Positions 7,959-18,292 are shown, numbered from the stretch's first letter. The stretch is DNA of 60,109 bases from Terriglobia bacterium (GCA_963748015.1 CAVVHE010000007.1:1-60109), one strand, 5' to 3'. The notes: generated by a model from the letters alone, not told the origin. Made by a program: numbers and translations.

Positions 7959-10360
7959 CCCGAACGACGATGCCGACGAGACCGCGCGCGGGCGCGACCT
8001 TCCTGGGGATCCTCGCCGCCCTCTTCCTGCTCTTCTCTCTCGCCCCCGCGCGCGCGGCGGAGACCGACGACGTCCTCGCGAAGGCGCGGGCCCTCGTGGA
8101 GGCGAAACGCTACGACGAGGCGGCGGCGCTCCTCGATCCCGTGATCTCCGCGGATCCGAAGGACGCCCGCGCGCTCTCGATCCGTGCCGAGGCGCGACGC
8201 CTCGGCGACCGGCCCGCCGAGGCGCGCGCCGACTACGCGCGGGTCACCGCCCTCGAGCCCGCCGACGCGGACGCCTGGTTCTGGCTCGGGACGCTCGATC
8301 GCTGGCACTCGCGCGACAAGGACGCGATCTACGAGTACGGCCGCGTGCTCGAGGTGTCGCCCTGCCATCTCGACGCCCTCAAGGGACGCGCCCGCTCGAA
8401 GCGGTCCGTGGGAAACAGCCGGGGGGCCGAGGCCGATCTGCGCGAGGCGCTGCGCTGCGGGCCCGGGGACGAGGAGGCGGCGGGGCTGCTCGCGGACCTC
8501 CTCGCCGACCACGGCGACCTCGAGGGAGCCCAGAAGGTCGCGGCGGAGGAGTTCTCGGGGCCCGAGGTCGAGAAGCGGCTCGGCGACGCGGCGCTCGCGG
8601 CCGGGCAGCCGGGAGAAGCGGCGCGTCATTACCGGAAGGCGCTCGAGGCGGGGGAGACCGCCGAGACGCTCCGCGCCCTCGGCGAGGCGGAGCGGCAGCG
8701 CGGCGACGACGTGGCGGCGCTCGATGCGCACCGCCGCGCGTCGCGCCTCGACCGCGAGGGGACGGGCGATCTCTACTGGATCGGCGTGCTCGCGTCTCGC
8801 CTCGGGTACCGCGACGAGGCGAAGCAGGCCTGGGACGCGATCCTCGCGAAGCACCCGGCCGACTCCGGCGCGCGCGTCGGGAAGGCGCGCATCCTGCGAT
8901 CGGAGGGGGACCGGGCCGGCGCGCTGAAGCTGGTCGAGGACACGCTTCGAGACGATCCGGAGAACGGCGAGGCGCTCGTGCTCCGGGGCCAGCTCTACTC
9001 CTCGATGGGGCGCACCGAGGCCGCGCGCAAGGACTACCGGGCGGAGCTCGAGCGGCACCCCGACGACGGCGACGCGCGGATCCTCCTCGATCGTCTCCCT
9101 GACCGGCGGGCCTGGGGGATCGGGGGGAACTACGACCGGGCGCGGGTGGTCGAGGGGCTGGAGGACGAAGGCCTCACCGACGAGAACGGCAATACGATCA
9201 CGCCGGCGCGGGTCGAGTACCTGAACGCGGGCGGCTCCGGCGACCTCCGCTGGACGCTCGGGGACCGCATGGCGCTGGTCACCGAGATCTCGCTGCGGCG
9301 CGAGGCGGTGTTCGGCCTGGGCCCGCCGGGCGGACCGGCAGGACGCAGCACGATCTACGACTTCGACGTCCTGGGCGCCGCGGCCGGGCTCGACCAGACG
9401 CTCTCGGACCTCTGGAGCCTGACGTGGCGCGCGGGCGGGAGCCGTTACTCGCCCCGCTCGGAAGGGACGATCTCGACGGAGACACACCTCGAGGGCGAAG
9501 CCCGCCTCGCGCGGGACGACGGCCGGACCCGCCTTGACTTCCTGGCGGCGAGAGACTCGTTCATCTGGCGCGGCTACGCCGGGAACACGCAGTTCCGCAT
9601 TTTCGACCGCGACCGGCTGGGGGCCAAATGGGAGCGGTCGCTCCACCGAGGGCTCACGGCCACGGCCTCGGCAGAGGTGGCCCACTTCGACGACGGCAAC
9701 ACGCCGTTCTTCGCCTCGGCCGGCCTGAACTGGGAGCGCGGGCGTTACGGCGCGTCGCTCCACTACCGGCACGACCCCTTCCCCGCGAGATTCCTGAACG
9801 ACATGAACGAGCTGGACTTCATCGCCTACGACGCCCTGTCGCTCGGCGGGAGCGTCGCGCTGCCGCTCGGCTTCCGGCTTTCGGCCGAGGCGCTCGCGGG
9901 ACGATACGGGGCGACCAAGCCGCAGGAAATCGTTGGCGACTCGCTCATCGAAGGGCCGCCGGACAACAACACGCAGCGGCAGCTCCGCGGGACGCTCGCC
10001 TGGACGCCGCACTCGTTCAAGCCGCTGTCGCTAGGCGCGGAGTACTTCTGGGACCACTACGCGTTCCACACCGGGCCTTACAACACCAACAACACGCACG
10101 CCACGACGCTGTTCGCGGAGGTCGCGGGGGACGCCGGCGATCGGTGGCACTACGTGGCGCGCTACGATCACGGGACCATCGGCGACAGGCGCTCGCCCCA
10201 CTACACGGCCAACTCGTACTTCGCGCGCGTCGAGGCCCGTCTGGGAGACCCGACTCGCGAGGCCGGACCGATTCGTCTGGGTGTCGAGGCCCGGTACCGC
10301 GAGAACGGTCTCGACGAGGACTGGAATCACTGCCTCGCCTTCCTCACCGTTCCGTTCTGA
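7955..10360 (+). CDS. Exported TPR-repeat protein with C-terminal outer-membrane beta-barrel
   Basis: Signal peptide (APARA-AE); multiple TPR motifs; amphipathic beta-strand C-terminus ending in Phe. Confidence 0.78.
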   Translation: MTRTTMPTRPRAGATFLGILAALFLLFSLAPARAAETDDVLAKARALVEAKRYDEAAALLDPVISADPKDARALSIRAEARRLGDRPAEARADYARVTALEPADADAWFWLGTLDRWHSRDKDAIYEYGRVLEVSPCHLDALKGRARSKRSVGNSRGAEADLREALRCGPGDEEAAGLLADLLADHGDLEGAQKVAAEEFSGPEVEKRLGDAALAAGQPGEAARHYRKALEAGETAETLRALGEAERQRGDDVAALDAHRRASRLDREGTGDLYWIGVLASRLGYRDEAKQAWDAILAKHPADSGARVGKARILRSEGDRAGALKLVEDTLRDDPENGEALVLRGQLYSSMGRTEAARKDYRAELERHPDDGDARILLDRLPDRRAWGIGGNYDRARVVEGLEDEGLTDENGNTITPARVEYLNAGGSGDLRWTLGDRMALVTEISLRREAVFGLGPPGGPAGRSTIYDFDVLGAAAGLDQTLSDLWSLTWRAGGSRYSPRSEGTISTETHLEGEARLARDDGRTRLDFLAARDSFIWRGYAGNTQFRIFDRDRLGAKWERSLHRGLTATASAEVAHFDDGNTPFFASAGLNWERGRYGASLHYRHDPFPARFLNDMNELDFIAYDALSLGGSVALPLGFRLSAEALAGRYGATKPQEIVGDSLIEGPPDNNTQRQLRGTLAWTPHSFKPLSLGAEYFWDHYAFHTGPYNTNNTHATTLFAEVAGDAGDRWHYVARYDHGTIGDRRSPHYTANSYFARVEARLGDPTREAGPIRLGVEARYRENGLDEDWNHCLAFLTVPF

Positions 10361-10382
10361 CCGGGCGGGGCGCGAGCGCGGC

Positions 10383-10415
10383 AAAACGAAGAGGGGCGGC
10401 ACCGGGCCGCCCCTC
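10383..10415 (-). terminator. Rho-independent terminator between convergent genes
   Basis: GAGGGGCGGC/GCCGCCCCTC 10-bp stem followed by TTCGTTTT on the minus strand. Confidence 0.7.
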
Positions 10416-10441
10416 GGTTCTCCCGGCGGCTCGCGCCGGTA

Positions 10442-10810
10442 CTACTTGGCGGCCGGGTTGGCCGAGCGGAGCTTGATCTTCTCGGCCACGAACGTGTTCA
10501 GCCCTTCCTTGACGTACTGAACGTCCACGACCTCTCCGATGGCCGGCACTCCCTCGAACTTCGTCTTCTCGTTGAAGACGAACGGGATCTCGTGCTTCCC
10601 GCTCTTGCCGGTCTTGAGCGAGAACGACTTCTTCACCGCGTCCCACTTGCTGACCTGGCCGTACGTGTGCAGGGTAGGGCTCGCCGGGGCCTTCTGGGGC
10701 GGATTCGCAGCGGCCTTCTGGGGCGGACTCGCGGGTGCCTGGTCCGCGGCCAGGACGGGCAGCGCCAGGGCCACGGCGGCGACCACGAAAAACGCCAGCA
10801 CTCTCCTCAT
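10442..10810 (-). CDS. Secreted hypothetical protein (possible OB-fold)
   Basis: Signal peptide, Pro/Ala linker repeats (ASPPQKA/ANPPQKA), short beta domain, GGAGG-type RBS. Confidence 0.7.
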   Translation of the reverse strand: MRRVLAFFVVAAVALALPVLAADQAPASPPQKAAANPPQKAPASPTLHTYGQVSKWDAVKKSFSLKTGKSGKHEIPFVFNEKTKFEGVPAIGEVVDVQYVKEGLNTFVAEKIKLRSANPAAK

Positions 10811-10970
10811 CTCGATTCCTCCTGACGCGGGGGAACGGTTCCCTCCGCAGCTCCCCGAACCTCACGAGTGTATGCCCGGACTCCGGGGGCCCGCAAACGG
10901 CCGGGCGCCGCGCGGCTTGACGCGGCGCGCCGCGGGGGGGAGACTGACCGCTTCGCGGGGAGGCCGGATC

Positions 10971-12095
10971 ATGAGCGAAAAGGTCACGCGCAGGGAGTTC
11001 GTGAAGGCAGGTGCGGTCGCGGGGGCTGCGGTCGCCGCGGCGCCCCTCCTCGCGCAGGGGCCCGCGGTGGTCGCGCCGCGCGGGCCCAAGCCCGTCGTCG
11101 TCGCGTCCGCCAACGGCAACAAGTTCAAGAACGGCGGGCCGCGCACCTGCGTCGAGGAGGCTTTCGCGCGGCTCGCGCGCGGCGAGGACCCGCTCGACTC
11201 GATCATGGCGGGGGTCAACATCGTCGAGCTGGACCCGGAGGACGTCTCGGTCGGCTACGGCGGGCTCCCGAACGCGGACGGCATCGTGCAGCTCGACGCG
11301 TCGTGCATGCACGGGCCGAAGAAGCGGGCCGGGGCGGTCGCGGCGCTCGAGGGGGTGCGGACGCCGTCCCTGGTCGCGAAGGCGGTGATGCAGCACACCG
11401 ACCATCACCTCATCGTCGGGAAGGACGCCCAGGCGTTCGCCCGGAGGATGGGCTTCAAGATCGAGGACGACCTCAACACCGACCGCTCGCGCGCGCTCTG
11501 GCTCGAGTGGAAGCGACGGTCCGATCCCGAGCACTGGCTCGATCCCGACCAGCGCGCCGCGGCGGCCGACCGGGCCAGGGACCAGATGGTCGCCGAGAGG
11601 CTGGTGGACGCCGACCACGCCTACGGCACGATCAACTGCGACGCCCTGTCCCCCAAGGGGGAGCTCGCCGGGGCGACGACCACCAGCGGCCTCGCCTGGA
11701 AGATCCCCGGCCGCGTGGGCGACTCGCCGGTCCTCGGCGCGGGGCTGTACGTGGACGGCGACGTCGGCGCCGCCGGCTCGACCGGGCGCGGCGAGTCGAA
11801 CCTGTACAACCTCTCGTCGTTCTTCATCGTCGAGTGCATGCGCCGCGGCATGCACCCGAAGGACGCCGCGCTCGAGGCGCTGAAGCGCGTGCGGGCCTCG
11901 ACCGTGGAGAAGCGCCTCCTCAACCCGCGCGGCCTCCCGAATTTCAACCTACAGTTCTACGCGCTCAGCTCGAAGGGGGAGCACGCCGGCGCCGCCTTCT
12001 ACGCGGGGACCAGCGGCAAGTACGCCGTCTGCGACGAGAACGGCGCTCGCAACGCCGACCTCGAGGTGATGTTCACGGGAGCGCCGAGGGACTGA
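10971..12095 (+). CDS. N(4)-(beta-N-acetylglucosaminyl)-L-asparaginase family Ntn hydrolase, Tat-exported
   Basis: TRREFVK Tat motif; SVGYGGLPN, LDASCMHG, GTINC (Thr nucleophile), KIPGRVGDSP. Confidence 0.9.
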   Translation: MSEKVTRREFVKAGAVAGAAVAAAPLLAQGPAVVAPRGPKPVVVASANGNKFKNGGPRTCVEEAFARLARGEDPLDSIMAGVNIVELDPEDVSVGYGGLPNADGIVQLDASCMHGPKKRAGAVAALEGVRTPSLVAKAVMQHTDHHLIVGKDAQAFARRMGFKIEDDLNTDRSRALWLEWKRRSDPEHWLDPDQRAAAADRARDQMVAERLVDADHAYGTINCDALSPKGELAGATTTSGLAWKIPGRVGDSPVLGAGLYVDGDVGAAGSTGRGESNLYNLSSFFIVECMRRGMHPKDAALEALKRVRASTVEKRLLNPRGLPNFNLQFYALSSKGEHAGAAFYAGTSGKYAVCDENGARNADLEVMFTGAPRD

Positions 12096-12165
12096 CCGGC
12101 GCCGAGGGCCACTCGGCAGATTCCGGTCCGCGCTACCCGACGGCACCCGTGTTTCGGCCCCCCGA

Positions 12166-12359
12166 GCGCGCCACCCACCGGAGTGCACGCGTGCGGCGAC
12201 CTCCCTCGGCGACGACCCGCATCGGCCGCGCGAGGGGCCTCGCAAGCGCGATGGGGACGACCCTATCCCCATCGCGCGAGGCCCCTCGCGCGGCCGTGCA
12301 GGGGTCCCCGTCGCCTCGGGCATCGTCGCCGCACGCGTGCACTCCGGCGGGTGGCGCGC
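12166..12359. repeat. Long imperfect hairpin element, family A copy 1
   Basis: About 194-nt fold-back whose core is shared with 15411-15612. Confidence 0.88.
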
Positions 12360-12439
12360 AAGGCGCTTCCGCATTTGGGCAGGACGTAGGAAGATGAAGC
12401 GCCGTCCCGACGGAAGCGGACGGCGAGGAGGTTGCCAGG

Positions 12440-15391
12440 ATGTCGCGGTCGAAGCTCGGGATGGTGGTCGCGGGGATCGTGATGTGGGGGGCCGCCGCGG
12501 CGGCGGAGCCCGCGACGCTGCCGTGGGCGGTGTACGCGAAGGGGGTGCCGTCGCCGGAGAGCGCGACCGGGGTCGCGCCGGGGGCGAGGCCTCTCCGCCC
12601 CGACGAGATCGCGAGCTACTTCGGCGCGCTCGCCGCGGCGTCGCCGCGCGCGAAGCTGATCGAGTACGCGCGGTCGCGCGAGGGGCGGCCGCTCATCGTC
12701 CTCGCCGTGAGCGACGAGGCGACGATCGCGAGGCTCGACGCGTTCCGCGCCGAGCACGCTCGTCTCGCGGACCCGAGGGGGCGGAAGCCCGAGGACGACC
12801 GTCGGGCGGCCGAGCCGGCCAAGGCGGTGGCGTGGATGGCGTACGCGATCCACGGCGACGAGCTGTCGAGCGCCGACGCCGCGGTCGCGCTCGCGTACTG
12901 GCTGGTCGCGGGAGAGGACGAGCGCGCTAAGGCGCTGCGCCGCGACCTCGTCGTGCTGATCGACCCGTGCGAGAACCCCGACGGGCGCGCGCGGTTCCTC
13001 TCGATGACGGCCTCGTTCGCGCACGCGACGCCGAACCCCGACTCCGAGGACCTGTCGCACAGCACGGTCTGGCCCGCGGGGCGGGGCAACCACTACCTCT
13101 ACGACCTGAACCGCGACTGGATCTCGATGGTGGAGCCCGAGAGCCGGCGGGTGGCGGTGATCGCCGGCTGGAACCCGCAGCTCATGGTGGACAGCCACGA
13201 GATGGGGCCGGACGACACCTACCTGTTCTCGCCCCCGAGGGCGCCGTTCAACCCGCGGAAGCCCGAATACCTCGAGACGTGGGCCGGCCGCTTCGCCGCC
13301 GACCAGGCGAAAGCGCTCGACGCGCGCGGCTACGCTTACTACACGCGCGAGTGGAACGAGGAGTTCTTCCCGGGGTACGGCTCGTCGTGGGCGCAGTACC
13401 TCGGCGCGGTCGGGATCCTCTACGAGATGGGGGGCGTCGAGGGAACGCTCGTCCGCCAGCGCGCCGGCACGGTGCGCACTTACGCGGAGACGGTGGACCA
13501 CCAGCTCGCGAGCTCGATCGCGAACCTCGAGACGCTCTCCGCGAACCGCAAGGAGTTCATGACGCAGTTCCTCGCCGGGCGGCGCGAGGCGGTGCGGCGC
13601 GGGGCCGAGGGGCCGGTCAGGGCGTGGATCCTGGCGCAGGGTAAGCACCCGGATCGCGCCGACCGGCTCGCGGCACTCCTCCGCGACCAGGGGATCGAGG
13701 TGGTGCGGGCCGCGGCGCCGGTGAAGGCCTCGGGGCTGCGCGACGCCTGGACCGGCAAGACGCTGTCGCTCGAGCTTCCCGCCGGCACGTGGATGGTGCC
13801 GCTCGACCAGCCGGCCGAGCCGCTCGCCCGCGCGCTCCTCGACCCCCACGTTCCCATGGAGGCGTTGTTCTTCAGGGAAGAGCGCGAGTGGCTCGAGCGC
13901 GGCAAGGGAACGCGCCTCTACGACACGACGGCGTGGTCGCTGCCGCTCCTCTACGGCGTCGATGCGTACTGGACCGGTGCGAAGCCGGCGGGGGATTGGC
14001 GGGACGACACGCCGCAGGCCCCCAAGGGCTCGCTGGCGAAGACCGACCCGGTCTTCGGCTACCTCTTCGAGGGGACCTCGGACCGCTCGGTCGCGGCGCT
14101 CGCCGACCTGCTGCAGCGCGGCATCGCGGTGCGCGTCGCCGAGAAACCGTTCCGCGTCGCCGGCGCGGCTTACGAGAGCGGCACGGTGCTGGTCAAGCGC
14201 GAGGGGAATCCGACCGACCTCGGAGCGCAGCTCGAGCAGGTCGCGACGCGCTGGGGGATCGACGCCCGCGCGGTCGGGACCTCGAAGAGCGAGGACGGTC
14301 CCGACATCGGCGGGAACTACTTCCACCCGCTGGTCGCGCCGCGCACCGCGATCCTCGGCGGCGCCGGCGTGTCGTCGGGCGTGTACGGCAGCCTGTGGCG
14401 CCTCCTCGACGTCGAGACGCCGCTGCGATTCACGGGGGTCGAGCTGGCGAGGCTCGATCGCCTGGACCTCGCGCGCTTCAACGTCCTGGTGTTCCCGCCC
14501 GGCGGCTGGGGCGAGGGAGGATACCGCGGGCGCATCGGCAAGGAAGGGCTCGAGCGCCTCAAGCGGTGGATCGAGGCGGGCGGGACCGTGATCGGGATCG
14601 GAGGCGGCGCCGAGTTCCTCGCGGACAAGGACAACGGCCTGGTACAGACGCGGATGCGGCGGCAGGCGCTCGACCGCTTCCCGCCGGTCGTGCTCGGCCC
14701 GTCCGCCGAGACGGTCGAGGTCGCGGGGGCCTTCCGCGCGTCGGGGGAGCGCGCCGCGCCGCCCGAGCCGAAGGAGCCGCCGAAGGGGACCGCGGCGAAG
14801 GGCGAGGCCGAGGCCAAGCCCGCGTCGCCGTCGTCGCCGTACGACGTCGCGCCGATTCTCGGCCCGGGTGCCAAGCCGTTCGCCGAGGGGTTCCCGCAGG
14901 GGACGCCGGCGAGCGACCGCGCGCGCGATCTCGCCGCGTGGCTGAAGCCGCTCCTGCCGCCGGGGAAGGAGAAGCCGGAGGCGGCCGATCTCGAGCGCGG
15001 CGACGAGCGGCTGCGGCGGTTCATGCCGCGCGGCTCGCTGCTCCGGATCGACCTCGATCCCGAGGCGTGGCTCGCATGGGGGCTCGGGCGCGACGACCTG
15101 GCGGTGTTCATGGACGCAGGGGACACGCTGGTGGCCGAGCCGCCGGTGCAGGTGGCCGCGCGGTTCGCCGGCCTCGACCGGCTGCACCTCGGCGGCCTCC
15201 TCTGGCCCGAGGCGGCCGGCCGCATCGCGAAGACCGCGTACGCCACCCGCGAGAGCGTCGGCCGCGGCCAGGTGATCCTCTTCGCCGACGACCCCGACTT
15301 CCGGAGCTGGACCCTCGGCACGCGCCGCCTGCTGCTCAACGCGATCCTCTACGGCCCCGGCCTCGGAACGCGCTGGTCGAGCCCGTGGTAG
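12440..15391 (+). CDS. M14 family zinc carboxypeptidase with C-terminal GATase-like domain
   Basis: IHGDE, NPDGR, NHYLYDLNRDW and DSHEM motifs; signal peptide. Confidence 0.88.
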   Translation: MSRSKLGMVVAGIVMWGAAAAAEPATLPWAVYAKGVPSPESATGVAPGARPLRPDEIASYFGALAAASPRAKLIEYARSREGRPLIVLAVSDEATIARLDAFRAEHARLADPRGRKPEDDRRAAEPAKAVAWMAYAIHGDELSSADAAVALAYWLVAGEDERAKALRRDLVVLIDPCENPDGRARFLSMTASFAHATPNPDSEDLSHSTVWPAGRGNHYLYDLNRDWISMVEPESRRVAVIAGWNPQLMVDSHEMGPDDTYLFSPPRAPFNPRKPEYLETWAGRFAADQAKALDARGYAYYTREWNEEFFPGYGSSWAQYLGAVGILYEMGGVEGTLVRQRAGTVRTYAETVDHQLASSIANLETLSANRKEFMTQFLAGRREAVRRGAEGPVRAWILAQGKHPDRADRLAALLRDQGIEVVRAAAPVKASGLRDAWTGKTLSLELPAGTWMVPLDQPAEPLARALLDPHVPMEALFFREEREWLERGKGTRLYDTTAWSLPLLYGVDAYWTGAKPAGDWRDDTPQAPKGSLAKTDPVFGYLFEGTSDRSVAALADLLQRGIAVRVAEKPFRVAGAAYESGTVLVKREGNPTDLGAQLEQVATRWGIDARAVGTSKSEDGPDIGGNYFHPLVAPRTAILGGAGVSSGVYGSLWRLLDVETPLRFTGVELARLDRLDLARFNVLVFPPGGWGEGGYRGRIGKEGLERLKRWIEAGGTVIGIGGGAEFLADKDNGLVQTRMRRQALDRFPPVVLGPSAETVEVAGAFRASGERAAPPEPKEPPKGTAAKGEAEAKPASPSSPYDVAPILGPGAKPFAEGFPQGTPASDRARDLAAWLKPLLPPGKEKPEAADLERGDERLRRFMPRGSLLRIDLDPEAWLAWGLGRDDLAVFMDAGDTLVAEPPVQVAARFAGLDRLHLGGLLWPEAAGRIAKTAYATRESVGRGQVILFADDPDFRSWTLGTRRLLLNAILYGPGLGTRWSSPW

Positions 15392-15410
15392 CTTCCTTCG
15401 TCCGCCCGCT

Positions 15411-15612
15411 CGGCTCCGCCGGTCTCGCGCTTGGACATCCCGCGGCGACCTCCCTCGGCGACGACCCGCATCGGCCGCGCGAAGGGTCGAGCAAGCGCGA
15501 TGGCGCGGACCCTAGCGCCATCGCGCTCGACCCTTCGCGCGGCCGTGCAGGGGTCCCCGTCGCCTCGGGCATTGTCGCCGCGGGATGTCCAAGCGCGAGA
15601 CCGGCGGAGCCG
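15411..15612. repeat. Long imperfect hairpin element, family A copy 2
   Basis: 39-bp perfect outer stem; inner core matches copy 1 with compensatory substitutions. Confidence 0.88.
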
Positions 15613-15659
15613 GGAGGCGTGTGGCGTGAGTCGACTTGGCGGTGACGGGAGGGTGAGCC

Positions 15660-16235
15660 ATGGAGGCGATGCTCAAGGACATGTTCCAGATCGGGCTGCC
15701 GCTCGCCGAGAAGGTGGCGCGGCCGGTGGTCGTGTACTTCTTCCTGGTGGCGGGGCTCCGCCTCGCTGGGAAGCGGGAGCTGGCGCAGCTCAACCCGTTC
15801 GACCTCGTGGTGCTGCTCCTCCTGTCGAACACGGTCCAGAACGCGATCATCGGGAACGACAACTCGGTCACGGGCGGACTGGTCGGCGCGGCGACGCTTC
15901 TTGCGTTGAACTGGGTCGTCGTGCGTTTCCTGTTCAAGCACGAGCGGATCGACCGGTTGGTCGAGGGGGAGGGGGACGTCCTGATCGAGGGAGGCCGGAT
16001 CCGGCAGGATCGTCTCGATAAGGAGCTGATCACCCGCGCGGAGCTGGAAGCGGCGGCGCACAAGCAGGGATTCGGCTCGCTCGACGACGTGGAGCGAGCC
16101 GCCATCGAGCCGGGCGGCTCGCTGACCTTCATCGCGAGGAAGCCCGAGCCGGAGGAGGCGCGGCACCGCGAGGTGCTGGAGCGGCTCGACGCGATGGCGC
16201 GGGAGATCCAGGGACTGCGCGCGGCCCTGCGGTAG
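15660..16235 (+). CDS. DUF421/YetF family membrane protein
   Basis: LRLAGKRELAQLNPFDLVVLLLLSNTVQNA ... AAIEPGGSL. Confidence 0.88.
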   Translation: MEAMLKDMFQIGLPLAEKVARPVVVYFFLVAGLRLAGKRELAQLNPFDLVVLLLLSNTVQNAIIGNDNSVTGGLVGAATLLALNWVVVRFLFKHERIDRLVEGEGDVLIEGGRIRQDRLDKELITRAELEAAAHKQGFGSLDDVERAAIEPGGSLTFIARKPEPEEARHREVLERLDAMAREIQGLRAALR

Positions 16236-16263
16236 AATGAACGGCTCTCCGGGAGAACACGCC

Positions 16264-17047
16264 ATGGACTGGGGAATCGCCAATCGGATGGCCCGTATCC
16301 TGAAGCCCGACACCGGGCGCACCGTCATGCTCGCCGTGGACCACGGCTACTTTCTCGGGCCGACCGGCGGCCTCGAGGAGCCGGGCAAGACCATCGTGCC
16401 GCTCCTCCCGTACGCCGACTCCCTCATGCTGACGCGCGGCGTGCTGCGCCGGTGCGTGCCACCGCAGTCGGACATCCCGGTCGTGCTGCGGATCTCGGGG
16501 GGGACCAGCGTCCTGAGGGAGCTGTCGGGCGAAGGGCTGACCGTGGCGATCGAGGACGCGATCCGCCTCAACGTCTCGGCGATCACGCTGTCCATCTTCG
16601 TCGGGTCGGAAGGGAGAGCGCGAGACGCTGCTGAACCTCGCGAAGGCGGTGGACGCCGGCGAGAAGTACGGCATCCCGGTCCTCGCGGTGACCGCGGTCG
16701 GCAAGGACATGGTGCGCGACGCGCGCTACCTCGGTCTCGCCTGCCGGATCGCGGCGGAGCTCGGCGCGCACATGGTCAAGACCTATCACTGCGAGGGGTT
16801 CGAGGAGATCGTCCGCAGCACCCCCGTCCCCGTCGTGATCGCCGGCGGTAAGAAGCTCCCCGAACGCGACGCGATCTCCCTCGCGTGGAGCGCGATCCGG
16901 GACGGCGCGCGCGGCGTCGACATGGGCCGCAACATCTTCCAGTCCGACTGCCCGGTCGGGATGATCCGCGCGGTCCGCGCCGTGGTCCACGAGGGCGCCG
17001 GCGTCGACCAGGCGCACCAGGTCTACCTGCAGGAGAAGGGGCGGTAG
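16264..17047 (+). CDS. lsrF: LsrF-like class I aldolase/thiolase (apparent frameshift near 16610)
   Basis: [22 protein letters not shown] in one frame; [20 protein letters not shown] and [10 protein letters not shown] in the next. Confidence 0.82.
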
Positions 17048-17052
17048 GGCGC

Positions 17053-18078
17053 GTGCGCGCGGCGGTCTACTACAGCAACAAGGACGTTCGCGTGGAGGAG
17101 AAGCCGCGGCCTGCGGCGGGTCCGGGCGAGGTGGTGTTCCGCGTCGAGGCGAGCGGGATCTGCGGCTCGGACGTGATGGAGTGGTACCGGATCCGGAAGG
17201 CGCCCATCGTGCTCGGGCACGAGGTGGCGGGGGAGGTCGTCGAAACGGGCGCCGGCGTCGCGGGGTTCGAGCCGGGAGACCGGATCGTGGCGACGCACCA
17301 CGTGCCGTGCGACGCGTGCCGGTACTGTCTCGCGGGGCAGCACCCCTACTGCGACACGCTGCGCGCGACGACGTTCGATCCCGGGGGGTTCTCGGAGTAC
17401 GTGCGACTCCCCGCCGTCAACGTCGAGCGCGGGACGTTCCTGCTCCCGGACGGGATGACCTACGAGGAGGGGACGTTCGTCGAGCCGCTCGCGTGCGTCG
17501 TGCGCGGCCTGCGCATCGCGCGCTTCGCGCCGGGGCAGACCGTCGCGGTGCTCGGCAGCGGGATCTCGGGGATCCTGTTCGTGCGGCTCGCGAAAGCGCT
17601 CGGCGCGGGGCGCGTGATCGCGACCGACGTGAGTCCGCGGAGGCTCGAGTTCGCGCGCGCGGCGGGTGCTTCCGCGGCGATCCTCGCGACGGACGACGTG
17701 CCGGCGCGGATCCGCGAGGCGAACGGCGGCCGCGGCGCCGACCTCGTGGTCGTCTCGACGGCCGCGCTCCCCGCGATCGGGCACGCGTTCCGCGCGGCCG
17801 ACCGCGGCGGCACCGTCCTGCTATTCGCGCCGGCGACGCCCGGGGAGACGTTTCCGCTGCCGCTCTTCGACGTGTGGAACGCCGGCCTGACGATCGTGCA
17901 CTCCTACGCCGGGCCGCCCGCCGACATGCGCGCCGCCATCGAGCTGATCGCGGGCAAGCGCCTGGACGTCCTTCCCATGATCACGCACCGCCTGCCGCTC
18001 GCCCGCACGGGCGAGGGGTTCCGCCTGGTGGCCGACGCCGGCGACTCGCTCAAGGTCATCGTCGAGCCGCAGAAGTAG
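17053..18078 (+). CDS. Zinc-dependent alcohol/polyol dehydrogenase (MDR)
   Basis: GICGSD, LGHEVAG, CxxCxxC structural Zn site, GSGISG. Confidence 0.9.
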   Translation: MRAAVYYSNKDVRVEEKPRPAAGPGEVVFRVEASGICGSDVMEWYRIRKAPIVLGHEVAGEVVETGAGVAGFEPGDRIVATHHVPCDACRYCLAGQHPYCDTLRATTFDPGGFSEYVRLPAVNVERGTFLLPDGMTYEEGTFVEPLACVVRGLRIARFAPGQTVAVLGSGISGILFVRLAKALGAGRVIATDVSPRRLEFARAAGASAAILATDDVPARIREANGGRGADLVVVSTAALPAIGHAFRAADRGGTVLLFAPATPGETFPLPLFDVWNAGLTIVHSYAGPPADMRAAIELIAGKRLDVLPMITHRLPLARTGEGFRLVADAGDSLKVIVEPQK

Positions 18079-18292
18079 CCGCGGCAGTCGAGGAGCGGTC
18101 AGCCCGGTCGACCGGCTCGATCCGCAGCGACCGCATGGGGCGTTCCTCCCGGTCGGCGACGACGGGCCTGCGGGCGGGAAGCGAGCCAGCCTTCCCGCGA
18201 CGACCGGTCGGGGACGGGGAACACCGGATCCGACCGCCGCGACGTTCTCGCAGCGCCGATCTCGTCCCGGCGCCCGGGCCGGGTGGAAGTGC

